Below, piece by piece: positions 9,690-19,823 of a stretch of 52,125 nucleotides of DNA (position 1 is the stretch's first letter; every line of letters starts with the position of its first letter). The DNA is from Dehalococcoidia bacterium. GTDB taxonomy: Bacteria; Chloroflexota; Dehalococcoidia; Lucifugimonadales; UBA3495. The translations under genes and the position numbers were made by a program. The stretch covers positions 1-52,125 of the forward strand of contig JASLXV010000092.1 of the NCBI GenBank assembly GCA_030740155.1, given 5' to 3'. Under the pieces are notes generated by a model. The model worked only from the letters and a program-made list of their open reading frames with translations, ran no database searches and was not told the origin of the DNA.

Positions 9690-12215
9690 TCAACTTGCGT
9701 CGGCGTCCCCGTCACCATTGGCCGGTTGGTGCCCGTTTTCGGAGCCATTGCTCCTCAGATTACTCGACTCCTGGAAGGCGGTGATTGACGCCACGTAGTC
9801 ATCAGGCTCGCGGTCGCGCCAAATGATGACACCCTGAGTGTCGCGGCCGACGACCCGGAAGTCCTCCAACGTTACCCGAATGACCTGGGCCTTGGCGGAG
9901 ATGACGAATATCTCCTGCCCGGCGGCGTCGGTCACCACCCGGGCCGCTGCCACGGGACCCGATTTCTCCGTCACCTTGAAGGTGCGGACGCCCTGGCCGC
10001 CTCTGGAGTGCCGCGGGTATCTGGAAACCGGGGTGGATTTGCCGTATCCTCGCTGGCTCACGATCAGCAAGTGGCTTCCCGGAGGTGCGGCCGCCATAAA
10101 GATCAATTGGTCGCCATTTAGAAGCCGCATCCCGCGAACGCCGCCGGCGGTGCGGGAGCGGGGCGTCAAATTGGCTACCGCGAACCGGATGGCCTGTCCT
10201 TTTTCGGAGACCATGATGACGTCTTTGGCTTCTCCCACCTCGGACACGCTGACCAGTTCGTCGCCGGTTTCCAGATCCATCACGATCAGGCCGCCGGGTC
10301 GAATGTGAGACAGTTCGCCGGTCTTCAAGGCTTTGACTTCGCCCATCTTGGTGGCCAGGATCAGGGGGTAGTCTTCCCGGGGATTTTGGATCGACAGCAT
10401 CGCCTGGACCTGCTCACCCCGACTCAGGGGGAGCAGGCTGACCAGGGGCGCGCCACGGGTGACTCTGTTGCTGTCACCAAGGATCTGGAACACCCGCAGA
10501 GGGTATACCCGCCCCCGGTTGGTGAAGAAGAAGAGGGTGTCGTGGGTATCCACCACGACGACCGTCATCAGGGTGTCGTCTTCCCTGGTGGCCATCCCCC
10601 GCACCCCTTTGCCGCCCCGGTGTTGGGTGCGGTAGGTCTTCACGGGCATCCGTTTGATGTAGCCCCGCTGGCTCATGGTGACGACAACGTCCTCGTTGGG
10701 AATCAACGACTCTATTGTCTGGTCCCCAATTTCCTCTTCATAAATCACGGTGCGGCGCGGGTCGCCGAAGGTCTTCTTCAGCTTTCGGGTTTCGGTCTTG
10801 ATCTCCGCCATCACCTTGGCCGGATCGCCCAAAAGCGCTTCCAGGCCGGCGATGGTTTGCAGAAGGTCCCGGTGTTCCTGCTCCAGCTTCTCCCGTTCCA
10901 GCGCGGCCAAACGCCGTAGCTGCATGTCCAGGATTGCCTGGGCTTGAATCTGGCTGAGGGTCAGCTGCTCCATCAAGTTATTGCGGGCGGCCTCTACGTC
11001 CTGGGACCCCCGGATTATGGCGATCACCTCATCCAGGCGGTTTAACGCCAGCAACAGGCCTTGCACCACGTGATCGCGGTCCTGGGCCCGCTTCAACAGA
11101 TGCTCCGACCGGCGCCGGATCACCACCTGCCGGTGCTGAATGAACAGGGCCAGGGCCCGCCGCAGCGACATCACCTGGGGCTGGCCATCCACCAGGGCCA
11201 GCATGATGGTGTTGAACGAGGTGCGCAATGCCGTGTGGCGGAACAAGTTGTTCAGCACCACGTTTGCTTGAGCGTCCCGGCGCAGTTCAATCACGATCCG
11301 CATTCCCTGGCGGTCCGACTCGTCCCGGATGTCGGAAATCCCTTCGACCTTCTTGCTCCGCACCAGGTGAGCTATCTTTTCCACCAGGTTGGCCTTGTTC
11401 ACCTGATAGGGCAACTCGCTGATGATGATCTGCTCCCGGCCACCCCGGACCTCCTCGATCTCGGTGGTGGCTTCCATCACGATGCGTCCCCGGCCCGTGG
11501 TGTAGCTGTCGACGATGCCGGAGCGGCCCCGGATAATGGCGCCGGTGGGGAAATCAGGGCCCGATACGAAATGGAGGAGCTTCTCAGCCTCGCAGTCGGG
11601 GTGGTCAATCATGTAGATGAGGGCGTCACAGATCTCGCTAAGGTTGTGGGGGGGTATGTTGGTGGCCATGCCCACGGCGATGCCCGAAGCCCCGTTGACC
11701 AGCATGTTGGGCAGGCGGGCGGGCAAGACCGTCGGCTCTTCCAGGGAATCGTCGAAGTTGGCCGTAAAATCTACGGTGTTGAGATCGATGTCCGCCAGCA
11801 GTTCCTCGGCGATGAGGGTCAAGCGGGCCTCGGTGTACCGCATGGCCGCCGGCGGGTCGCCGTCGACGCTCCCGAAGTTTCCCTGCCCGTGGACCAGGGG
11901 GTAGCGCAGTGAAAACGGCTGAGCCATCCGGACCAGGGCGTCGTAGACCGAGCTGTCGCCATGAGGATGGTATTTGCCAAGCACTTCGCCCACGATACGG
12001 GCGGCCTTCTTGAAGGAGGTATTGGACCGCAGGCCCATGTCCCGCATGGCAAAGAGGATGCGCCGCTGCACCGGCTTCAAGCCATCCCGCACGTCCGGCA
12101 GGGCACGGGACACGATTACGCTCATGGCGTAGCTCAGGTAGGACGTGCGCATCTCTTCTTCGATGCGGACAATCGGGCTTTGCTCGGCGGGCGGTGGAGG
12201 CGTACTGGTTACCAT
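9690..12215 (-). CDS. gyrA: DNA gyrase subunit A
   Basis: [33 protein letters not shown] active-site Tyr, GyrA-box QHRGGKG, C-terminal pinwheel repeats. Confidence 0.98.
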   Translation of the reverse strand: MVTSTPPPPAEQSPIVRIEEEMRTSYLSYAMSVIVSRALPDVRDGLKPVQRRILFAMRDMGLRSNTSFKKAARIVGEVLGKYHPHGDSSVYDALVRMAQPFSLRYPLVHGQGNFGSVDGDPPAAMRYTEARLTLIAEELLADIDLNTVDFTANFDDSLEEPTVLPARLPNMLVNGASGIAVGMATNIPPHNLSEICDALIYMIDHPDCEAEKLLHFVSGPDFPTGAIIRGRSGIVDSYTTGRGRIVMEATTEIEEVRGGREQIIISELPYQVNKANLVEKIAHLVRSKKVEGISDIRDESDRQGMRIVIELRRDAQANVVLNNLFRHTALRTSFNTIMLALVDGQPQVMSLRRALALFIQHRQVVIRRRSEHLLKRAQDRDHVVQGLLLALNRLDEVIAIIRGSQDVEAARNNLMEQLTLSQIQAQAILDMQLRRLAALEREKLEQEHRDLLQTIAGLEALLGDPAKVMAEIKTETRKLKKTFGDPRRTVIYEEEIGDQTIESLIPNEDVVVTMSQRGYIKRMPVKTYRTQHRGGKGVRGMATREDDTLMTVVVVDTHDTLFFFTNRGRVYPLRVFQILGDSNRVTRGAPLVSLLPLSRGEQVQAMLSIQNPREDYPLILATKMGEVKALKTGELSHIRPGGLIVMDLETGDELVSVSEVGEAKDVIMVSEKGQAIRFAVANLTPRSRTAGGVRGMRLLNGDQLIFMAAAPPGSHLLIVSQRGYGKSTPVSRYPRHSRGGQGVRTFKVTEKSGPVAAARVVTDAAGQEIFVISAKAQVIRVTLEDFRVVGRDTQGVIIWRDREPDDYVASITAFQESSNLRSNGSENGHQPANGDGDADAS

Positions 12216-12458
12216 CGATCATTGCTCCTTAATAGTGATGGTCCGCGACCATTGGCCGGTTCTCCGTTGGGGCGCCGGGTTGGGGCGCCGGCGGCTACGG
12301 GCGTCTTCAAACACGCGATCTCGAACCAGAGTTGGTCGAAGCCCTGGATTTCGGGGCGCTCGGGCACTCGCGTCACCGGCATTCAACTCCCGCAATTACA
12401 CCCTAGCCTGACGGCTCGGCCGTTGTCGCTCAGCGGCCCCGCTGCCGGCCTGCTTGGA

Positions 12459-13169
12459 TCAGGCGCCTCGGGACGCCGCATGATCCTCGGCCCGTTCGCC
12501 GAAGGCCGTGAACAGGTTGGCGAAAAGCCCCGGGACCTCATCCTGGCGCTCGGGGTGGCACTGGAGCCCGATCACCCAGCTATGCTCCGGGCTTTCCAAT
12601 CCCTCGACGAGTCCGTCGTTCACATCGTAGGCCGTGGCCATCAGCCGGGGAGACCGTTGAGCCTCGCGTAGTCCCTGATGATGGAGGCTGTTGACTCGAA
12701 AAAAACCGGCGGCTCCGATGACGGCCGCCGCCTTGGCGCCCGGTGACAAATAGATTTGGTGCCTCCTGGGGACCCACTTCCCGTCCCGCTGCTCCATGCG
12801 ATGGTCCGGCAAGTCCTGGATCAGCCGGCCGCCGAAAGCCACGTTGAGCACCTGCATCCCCCGGCAGATGGCCAGCACGGGCATGTCCTGCTCCAGGGCG
12901 TAGCCCAGAAGCCGCAGGTCCAGGTCGTCCAGAGGGCGGCAGACTTCCAGGCCGGCGGCTGGGTCCGGTGTGGCGCCGTACAGACGCGGGTCCACATCGG
13001 GGCCACCCGGCAGCAACAGCCCGCCAACACCCTCCATAAGGACCTCGACCGGCTTCGACCCTGCCTCCGCGGGGAGCAACAGGCGTACATTGACTCCCAG
13101 ATGCTCCAACACCTCAACGTATCGGCGAGCGTTACGATGGTCTGCGGAGGTCAGAAGTACGTTCGCCAT
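12459..13169 (-). CDS. peptidase C26 / gamma-glutamyl-gamma-aminobutyrate hydrolase family (class I glutamine amidotransferase)
   Basis: LPGGPDVDP, AICRGMQ, VNSLHHQG and QCHPE motifs. Confidence 0.9.
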   Translation of the reverse strand: MANVLLTSADHRNARRYVEVLEHLGVNVRLLLPAEAGSKPVEVLMEGVGGLLLPGGPDVDPRLYGATPDPAAGLEVCRPLDDLDLRLLGYALEQDMPVLAICRGMQVLNVAFGGRLIQDLPDHRMEQRDGKWVPRRHQIYLSPGAKAAAVIGAAGFFRVNSLHHQGLREAQRSPRLMATAYDVNDGLVEGLESPEHSWVIGLQCHPERQDEVPGLFANLFTAFGERAEDHAASRGA

Positions 13170-13378
13170 ACGACATAACATTGTATCCTATAAGGCCATG
13201 GATGCAAAGGATAATTAGATACAATATATCGCGTTTCACGCTGGCTGCCGCCACCGCCCGTTTGCGTGCCAAGGGCGTTTTTGATAATCTGGAGTGGCTA
13301 GGCTTGCCTGATTTGTCGCGCATCGGGATAAAGAGCGCGGGCCGAGCTTAGAATCAGTCCTCCCAGCGGGTTGGAGCG

Positions 13379-14539
13379 ATGAAAGAAGTCATACAAGGGG
13401 CCGTTGATCTCCTGAAAGAGGGACAGCCCTGCGTGCTGGCTACCGTGGTCAGGACCAAGGGCTCGACCCCCCAAAAGCCCGGCGCCATGCTGCTGGTACG
13501 GCCGGACGGGACCGGTGAGGGCACCCTGGGTGGGGGCTGCGTGGAGGGGGACATCTGGTTCGCCGCCAAGGAGATACTGCGCCTGGGCGGTGGGCCGGAG
13601 TTCAAAGACTATCTCTTGAATGAAGATGTCGCGGCCCGGGATGGCCTGGTCTGCGGCGGCACCATGTATTTCTATTTGGAGCTCCTGGTGGAGCCGTCGG
13701 ACTTCCTGACCATCGGCTCCGAGATCTTGGGAGCGTACTCGGGCGGAAATCCGGTAAGCCTGGCCACGGTGGTCAACTCCCCCTCGGGAGTGGCCAGCCG
13801 GGGAGCCAAGCTGCTGGTCCGCATCGACGGCTCGACCACCGGCACCCTGGGCAGCTCCGAGTTGGACACCAGGATTGGGGAAATCGCCCGGCGCATGGCC
13901 GACCTGGGCAGTGCCGAGTCGATAATTGATGACGCCGGCACCGAGGTGTTCGTCGAGGGTTTTACCACGCCGCCCACTCTGGTGATGGTGGGCGGCGGAC
14001 ACGTGGGGAAAGCCACGGCCGACCTGGCCCACACGCTGGGTTATCGTGTGTTCATCGTCGACGACCGCCCCGAGTTCGCCAACCCCGAGCGATTCCCCTA
14101 TGCGGAGCAGGTGATTGTCGTCCCTTACGACAAGATGTCCGATAGCCTTTCCATCAACGTGAACAGCTTCGTGGTGGTGGCAACCCGGGGGCATCGCTAC
14201 GACGACATGGCCCTTGAGTCCGCCCTGGACACCCGGGCCCGGTACATTGGCCTGCTGGGCAGCCGGCGCAAGACGCTGATGATCTACCAGCGGCTGGTCC
14301 GGCAGGGCACGCCCGTGGAGCGGATTAAAGAGGTCCACTCTCCAATCGGCTTGAACATCGGCGCCCTGACGCCTGAGGAGATAGCGGTCAGCATCATGTC
14401 GGAGATCACCATGGTCCGGCGAGGCGGGACGGGGGGCCAGATGAGAATGGACGATTGGTACACCGACCGGGCGGCCGCCATCGCCCAGCGGGTGCCGGCG
14501 GGTGATGGAAGCGTAGGCGTCTCGCCCGCTGATGGCTGA
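13379..14539 (+). CDS. XdhC/CoxI family molybdoenzyme maturation factor
   Basis: GSTPQKPGA, GTLGGGCVE, CGG, VGGGHVG, DDRPEF, YIGLLGSRRK and PIGLNIGALTPEEIAVSI motifs. Confidence 0.92.
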   Translation: MKEVIQGAVDLLKEGQPCVLATVVRTKGSTPQKPGAMLLVRPDGTGEGTLGGGCVEGDIWFAAKEILRLGGGPEFKDYLLNEDVAARDGLVCGGTMYFYLELLVEPSDFLTIGSEILGAYSGGNPVSLATVVNSPSGVASRGAKLLVRIDGSTTGTLGSSELDTRIGEIARRMADLGSAESIIDDAGTEVFVEGFTTPPTLVMVGGGHVGKATADLAHTLGYRVFIVDDRPEFANPERFPYAEQVIVVPYDKMSDSLSINVNSFVVVATRGHRYDDMALESALDTRARYIGLLGSRRKTLMIYQRLVRQGTPVERIKEVHSPIGLNIGALTPEEIAVSIMSEITMVRRGGTGGQMRMDDWYTDRAAAIAQRVPAGDGSVGVSPADG

Positions 14540-15155
14540 CACCGCTGCGATACTACTGGCGGCGGGAGAGTCTCGTCGCATGGGACGGTTGAAGGCCCTG
14601 CTTCCCTGGCGGGGCACCACGCTGCTGGTCCACCAGGTCTCGGCCCTGCGGGAGGCCGGCGTCGGCCAGGTTGTTGTGGTCCTGGGCCACCAAGTCGAAC
14701 GGCTGGAACCGGAAATCAGGGACATTGCCGGGGTCACCTGGGCGGTCAACCCCGACTACCATCAAGGGAAGACCACCTCCATCAAGGTGGGCATGGGCGC
14801 GCTGGGCCCGGAGGACCTCGCCGCCATCCTCATCCTCAACGTGGACCAGCCCCGGCGCCCCGATACGATCCGTGAGCTGATTCGCCGGCATTTCGCGGGG
14901 GGCGGTCTCATCACGATACCCACGTATCGCGGGAAGGGGGGGCATCCAATCGTGTTGGACCCGGCGCTGTTGCCCGAGCTGCGGTCGATCAGTGAGGAGG
15001 CATTCGGAGTCAAGGCCGTCGTGCGGGCCCATGAGGACTCCACCTGCCGCGTGGAGATGGCAACCCCGGAGGTGCTGTGGGACTTGAATACCCCCGGCGA
15101 GTACCGGGAAGCCCTCGCCGCCGAGGGTTCACCCGGCCCGGTTGAGCGGCCTTGA
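14532..15155 (+). CDS. molybdenum cofactor cytidylyltransferase-like nucleotidyltransferase (MocA family)
   Basis: ILLAAGESRRMG..K, VDQP, GGHP and DLNTP motifs; overlaps the xdhC-like gene. Confidence 0.88.
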   Translation: MADTAAILLAAGESRRMGRLKALLPWRGTTLLVHQVSALREAGVGQVVVVLGHQVERLEPEIRDIAGVTWAVNPDYHQGKTTSIKVGMGALGPEDLAAILILNVDQPRRPDTIRELIRRHFAGGGLITIPTYRGKGGHPIVLDPALLPELRSISEEAFGVKAVVRAHEDSTCRVEMATPEVLWDLNTPGEYREALAAEGSPGPVERP

Positions 15156-15180
15156 ATCTTTGGGCCGGAAGAAGCCAGGC

Positions 15181-15218
15181 AAAAAATCAGGACCCGGATA
15201 TCCGCCGGGTCCTGATTT
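15181..15218 (-). terminator. intrinsic terminator (probably bidirectional)
   Basis: 14-bp stem AAATCAGGACCCGG/CCGGGTCCTGATTT, 7-nt loop, U6 tail on the minus strand. Confidence 0.85.
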
Positions 15219-15315
15219 ATGTGTCGTAGCCCCGCTGTTTCGGTCACGAAACCGAAGAGGTCACCCGAGTACAGCATTCGGGGTTATCTGACCAATTTCT
15301 ACAATAGCGCGGGGC

Positions 15316-15429
15316 TTACGTACCCCGGCATCCCTGCTGGTGGATTGACCGCCCTTCTTCATCCCCGCCACCAGCAGGGACGGGACGAGGGAAGACCCAA
15401 CAATGATTCAGCACGAACAGCGAAATCAT
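15316..15429 (-). CDS. 37-aa small ORF MISLFVLNHCWVFPRPVPAGGGDEEGRSIHQQGCRGT inside the candidate sRNA
   Basis: Strong SD AGGAGGT just upstream of the ATG; below the ORF-track length cutoff. Confidence 0.4.
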   Translation of the reverse strand: MISLFVLNHCWVFPRPVPAGGGDEEGRSIHQQGCRGT

Positions 15430-15490
15430 TTCCACCTCCTCACCGACATTCTCTCTGTCAAGTAAGGCACCGTGATCCTTACTCAACTAT

Positions 15491-15519
15491 ATTCTACCAA
15501 CACTTCCTTCGATTGGCAA
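15491..15519 (-). promoter_or_regulatory. sigma70 promoter of the candidate sRNA
   Basis: TTGCCA-N17-TAGAAT with extended -10 TGn on the minus strand. Confidence 0.75.
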
Positions 15520-15664
15520 GGGGCTCGGGGCGAATATTGCCGCCATTCCATTATTACCTAGAGATGCTTCGTATCTTGCGCGCGTTGGGCGACGGAAGCC
15601 ATATGTATAGAACTGTTAAAAGTGCGAAAACAGTTGATAAGTCTCCGCGATGCAACGGCCTCCC

Positions 15665-15693
15665 TTGACATCCGTTGCGCAGTCTGCTAATTC
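15665..15693 (+). promoter_or_regulatory. sigma70 promoter upstream of the NAD(P)-binding protein/folC genes
   Basis: TTGACA-N17-TAATTC with TGn; -35 flanked by GCAACGG/CCGTTGC inverted repeat. Confidence 0.5.
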
Positions 15694-15792
15694 TTGTTTG
15701 CCGAGGCGATGCGGGCCCAGGTTGCCGTAAACTGGAGCCGGCCGGTTGGACGCTCTCGACACTCGAAATCTTGCGCCCAGGGAGGGCATGAT

Positions 15793-16746
15793 TTGCTGGT
15801 TCTGGTTACCGGGGCCACGGGCTTTTTAGGACGCCGGGTGGTGCCGGAGTTGCAAATCCATCGCCACGAGGTCCGGTGCCTGGTGCACACCCCCGGGCGG
15901 GAGCGTGTCTTTCCGCCTCGGTCGGTGGATGTCCACTACGGCGATGCCCTCGACCCCGGAGCCGTGGCCGCCGCGTTCTACGATGTGGAGGCGGTGGTCC
16001 ACCTGGTGGGCGCCATCCGCCAACGGAAGGGGCGGACCTACGACCGGATCAACCGGCAGGGCGTCGTCAACGTGCTGGCGGCGGCGAAGGACGCCGGGGT
16101 CAAACACTTTATCTACGTGAGCACCATCGGCGCCACCAGCAATCCCTCCTATCCGTATTTGTACAGCAAGTGGCGGGGGGAACAGGCGGTGGTGGTGGAC
16201 AGCGGGCTGCCCTACACGATCCTCCAGCCCTCGGTCATGTTCGGCCAGGGCGACGAATTCTTGAACGCCCTGGCGGGGCTGGTGAGGGTCTTTCCTCTGG
16301 TGCCGGTGGTGGGATCGGGTAGAAACCGGCTCCAGCCCGTGGCCGTTGAAGATGTGGCCCGGTGCATCGCCGTCACGGTGGGCCGGGAAAACCTGAAAGG
16401 CAAGACCATCGAGCTGGGCGGCCCCCAACAGCTCGCCTACAATGAGATCGTCGCCATCGTGGCCCGTACCCTGGGCAAACGGCGCCTGCGGTTTCACATT
16501 CCGGTCTGGGCGATGTATCCCTTCACCGCTTTAATGCAGCGGCTGCTGGCGCGCCCGCCCGTGACCACCGACCAACTCCGGATGCTAGCCATTCGAAGTG
16601 TCGCCGACGTGGGTGTCATTGAAGGGACTTTTGGCTTTACCCCGCAACCGCTGGAAGGTAACATAGACTATGTCAGGTCGGTTGGCATCAGGGACGGGCT
16701 CAACATCATCACGGGCTTGATGCCCTCCCATATCCGGGACCACTAA
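15793..16746 (+). CDS. complex I NDUFA9-like NAD(P)-binding protein (atypical SDR)
   Basis: VLVTGATGFLG, YLYSKWRGE, LQPVAVEDVA and ELGGP motifs; TTG start after GGAGG. Confidence 0.85.
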   Translation: MLVLVTGATGFLGRRVVPELQIHRHEVRCLVHTPGRERVFPPRSVDVHYGDALDPGAVAAAFYDVEAVVHLVGAIRQRKGRTYDRINRQGVVNVLAAAKDAGVKHFIYVSTIGATSNPSYPYLYSKWRGEQAVVVDSGLPYTILQPSVMFGQGDEFLNALAGLVRVFPLVPVVGSGRNRLQPVAVEDVARCIAVTVGRENLKGKTIELGGPQQLAYNEIVAIVARTLGKRRLRFHIPVWAMYPFTALMQRLLARPPVTTDQLRMLAIRSVADVGVIEGTFGFTPQPLEGNIDYVRSVGIRDGLNIITGLMPSHIRDH

Positions 16747-16783
16747 TCTTATTGTCCGGCCTGTCCGGTTACTCGGGTGCCCA

Positions 16784-18154
16784 TTGGATTACCCTGGAGC
16801 CATAGACCGGCTGCTTAACCTGGTTGACCACGAGCGGACCCCACCGGCCGGCCCTCGCCAGAAGGTCATCTACGATCTGAGGCGGATGGAGGCCCTGCTG
16901 GAACGGCTGGGTGACCCCCAGGGGCGGGCCCGGACCGTCCACATTGCCGGCACCAAGGGGAAGGGCAGCACGGCGGCTTTCTGCGACGCGGCCCTGCATG
17001 CCGCGGGATACCGGACCGGCTTCTATTCATCGCCCCACCTGCACAGCTTTCGCGAGCGAATCCGGCGGGACACCCGGCCGGTAACCAAGTCCGAGTTCGC
17101 CGGATTGGTGGAACAAGTATGGCCGCATCTGGAGTGGGTGTCCGAGCGCTCCGGTCTGGGCCGGGTCACGCTGTTCGAGATGATGACCGGAATGGGCTTC
17201 CACTGCTTCGCCCGGGGGGGCGTTGATTTTCAAACGATTGAGGTAGGTTTGGGAGGCCGCTTGGACGCCACCAACGTGGTGAGTCCCGACGTGGCCGTGA
17301 TAACCTCCATCAGCCGCGACCACACCGCAGTTCTAGGTGACACTCTGGCGGAAATCGCCGGCGAGAAGGCCGGGATTATCAAGCCGGGAGCCGTCGTGGT
17401 GGTCTCCCCTCAGCCTCGGGAGGTGCTCCCGGTGATCGACGCGGTCTGCCGGCGGATGAAGGCCCGGCCGGTCCATGTCGGCGTCGACGTAACCTGGGAG
17501 GCTGGCGCCGCCGGAAGCGAGGGCCAGAGCCTGCGGGTCCGGGGACGGCTGGACGAGTACGAGCTTGTAATCCCTCTCCTGGGCAGCTACCAGATGGAAA
17601 ACGCCTCGACGGCGGTTGCTGCCCTGGAGGTGTTGCGGGAACAGGGCCACGCGATACCAGCCGACGCCATCCACCGGGGATTCGCCAACACCGTCTGGCC
17701 CTGCCGCATGGAGGTGCTGTCCCGCTCCCCCCTGGTGGTGGCCGACGGCGCCCACAACCTGTATTCAACCGACGCCCTGCTGGAATCCCTGCCACGGTAT
17801 TTTAACTACCGGCGGCTGGTGCTGGTGGTGGGTTTCTCCCGGGACAAGAGCGTGGCCGAGATGGCCGGGCGATTGGCCGAGGCCAAGCCGGTGGTGTTCG
17901 CCACCGGGTCCCGGCATCCCCGGTCTCTGGCCCCGATCGCCGTGGCCGCCCGGTTTCAGGGCTTGGGTACGGCCGCCGTGGCGGTCTCGACGCCGGAGCA
18001 GGCGTTGGCTGAGGCTCTCGAGGTCGCTGGCCCGGATGACCTGGTGCTGGCCACCGGCTCCCTGTTCCTGGCCGCGGAGGTACGGGAGGCGATGCTGGGC
18101 ATCGAGCCGGAGCTGTACCCGGACTTGCTGCCCGCGGACCAACAGGCCCCATAA
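16784..18154 (+). CDS. folC: folylpolyglutamate synthase/dihydrofolate synthase
   Basis: HIAGTKGKGST, SPHL..FRERI, EVGLGGRLDATN, EKAGIIK, DGAHN and TGSLFL motifs. Confidence 0.95.
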   Translation: MDYPGAIDRLLNLVDHERTPPAGPRQKVIYDLRRMEALLERLGDPQGRARTVHIAGTKGKGSTAAFCDAALHAAGYRTGFYSSPHLHSFRERIRRDTRPVTKSEFAGLVEQVWPHLEWVSERSGLGRVTLFEMMTGMGFHCFARGGVDFQTIEVGLGGRLDATNVVSPDVAVITSISRDHTAVLGDTLAEIAGEKAGIIKPGAVVVVSPQPREVLPVIDAVCRRMKARPVHVGVDVTWEAGAAGSEGQSLRVRGRLDEYELVIPLLGSYQMENASTAVAALEVLREQGHAIPADAIHRGFANTVWPCRMEVLSRSPLVVADGAHNLYSTDALLESLPRYFNYRRLVLVVGFSRDKSVAEMAGRLAEAKPVVFATGSRHPRSLAPIAVAARFQGLGTAAVAVSTPEQALAEALEVAGPDDLVLATGSLFLAAEVREAMLGIEPELYPDLLPADQQAP

Positions 18155-18275
18155 GCGGGATTTAGGGGCAGAACCACGCGCCGGTTACGGATAAACACCC
18201 TGGCGGGCCATTAGAATACAAGACGGTTAATCAATATTTCCGGGGTTCAGGAGACGTAGGTTTGGAGACGCAGGT

Positions 18276-19532
18276 TTGGAATCGAAGCGCACAAAAGTCG
18301 TCGTAACAGGGATCGGGGCCATCACCCCGCTTGGCCGAACGGCGGACGCCTTTTGGAAAAACCTGGTGGCGGGCAATTCGGGCATCGGCCCGATGACGCT
18401 GTGCGACCCGGCCGAATACCCTTGCCGGATCGCCGGTGAGGTCCGGGACTTTGATCCGGGACAGTACATCAACCCGAAGGAAGCCCGGCGGATGGCCCGG
18501 TTCTCCCAGTTGGCCGTGGCCGCCGGGCTAACGGCGGTGGAATCGGCCCGGCTGGATATGTCTCGTGAAGATCCCTTCCGGGTGGGGATAATCTTGGGCA
18601 ACGGGAACGGGGGCTTTCCTACCCTGGAGGAGAACTGCCGCGTTCTGGAGGTCCGCGGCGGCATGCGGATGTCGCCCTTCTTCTTTCCGATGGTCCTGCC
18701 CAACATGGCCGCGGCCGCCGTGAGCCGCTACGTGGGCGCCCAGGGATACAACTCCACGGCCACCACCGCCTGCGCCGCCTCCAACCAGGCCATGGGCGAG
18801 GCCATGGAAGTCATCCGCCGCGGCGGGGCCGACGTTGTTCTGGCCGGTGGCACGGAAGGGGGCATCAGCCAGCTCGGTCTGGCCGGCTTCTCCGTGATGC
18901 GGGCCCTCAGCACCCGCAACGATGACCCGGAGAAGGCCAGCCGGCCCTTCGATGCCGGGCGCGACGGCTTCGTGCCTTCCGAAGGCTGCGCCATCCTGGT
19001 GCTGGAGAGCCTGGAGCATGCCTTGAGCCGCGGCGCCACCATTCTGGCCGAGCTGGCCGGGTTCGGCTGCACGTCTGATGCATCCCGCCTGGTCCAACCT
19101 GAAGAAAGCGGGATCAGCGCCGCCGAGGCGATGCGCCTGGCGCTGACCGATGCCGGAGAGCCGCTGGATGGGGTGGACTACATCAACGCCCACGGCACCT
19201 CGACCCCCCTGAACGACGCGGTGGAAACGCTGGCGATCAAGCGGGTGTTCGGCGAGCGCGCCTACCAGGTGCCCATCAGCTCCACCAAGTCCATGATCGG
19301 GCACTCCCTGGGCGCCTCCGGGGCGCTGGAGGCGGTGGCCTGCATCAAGGCCATCATCGAGGGGAGGATTCATCCCACCATCAACTACGAAGTTGCCGAC
19401 CCTGCCTGCGACCTGGACTACGTGCCCAACAAAGCCAGGAAGCGGGACGTGCGGGTGGCCCTATCCAACGCCTTCGGCTTCGGGGGGCAGAACGCCTGCC
19501 TTGTCTTACGCCGGCTTGAGGGCGCTGGCTGA
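18276..19532 (+). CDS. fabF: beta-ketoacyl-ACP synthase II
   Basis: VVVTGIG, TACAAS (Cys), NAHGTST and GHSLGA (His-His), SNAFGFGGQN. Confidence 0.95.
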   Translation: MESKRTKVVVTGIGAITPLGRTADAFWKNLVAGNSGIGPMTLCDPAEYPCRIAGEVRDFDPGQYINPKEARRMARFSQLAVAAGLTAVESARLDMSREDPFRVGIILGNGNGGFPTLEENCRVLEVRGGMRMSPFFFPMVLPNMAAAAVSRYVGAQGYNSTATTACAASNQAMGEAMEVIRRGGADVVLAGGTEGGISQLGLAGFSVMRALSTRNDDPEKASRPFDAGRDGFVPSEGCAILVLESLEHALSRGATILAELAGFGCTSDASRLVQPEESGISAAEAMRLALTDAGEPLDGVDYINAHGTSTPLNDAVETLAIKRVFGERAYQVPISSTKSMIGHSLGASGALEAVACIKAIIEGRIHPTINYEVADPACDLDYVPNKARKRDVRVALSNAFGFGGQNACLVLRRLEGAG

Positions 19533-19823
19533 CCCACGGACATCCCTTCAAAAACCCGCTCCCGCTGCCGGTTGGCTGGAATTGGAGATGACGGGACCTC
19601 CTTGACGCTGTCCGGGCGCCAACCTAGAATTGTGTCCCAGGCGGCCCCGGTCTCCCGCCAGTTCGTCACGCGTTCGGCGATACGCCGGGTCCAGGGTACC
19701 CGCGATGGTTCGCTTGGCCGGCTGCCGAACGTGTTTAGTCTGTGCCGGGTGTCGCGGGTGCTTCCGGCGCGTTTTCCGGGCCGTCGTGATGAGTTTTCTA
19801 CCGGGGCTGTGTCGAGGTGACCC

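Larger units (their letters stand above)
15181..15484 (-). ncRNA. candidate structured small RNA (~304 nt), possibly dual-function
   Basis: Own promoter and terminator; successive hairpins including a perfect 13-bp stem and a three-way junction; no family recognised. Confidence 0.6.

Noticed and set aside
9690..12215. parC, or a quinolone-resistant gyrA allele
   Set aside because: The GyrA-box QHRGGKG is present and the QRDR (GDSSVYD) has the wild-type Ser and Asp.
15226..15319. Hammerhead ribozyme (three-way junction containing GAAAC)
   Set aside because: No CUGANGA core on either strand.
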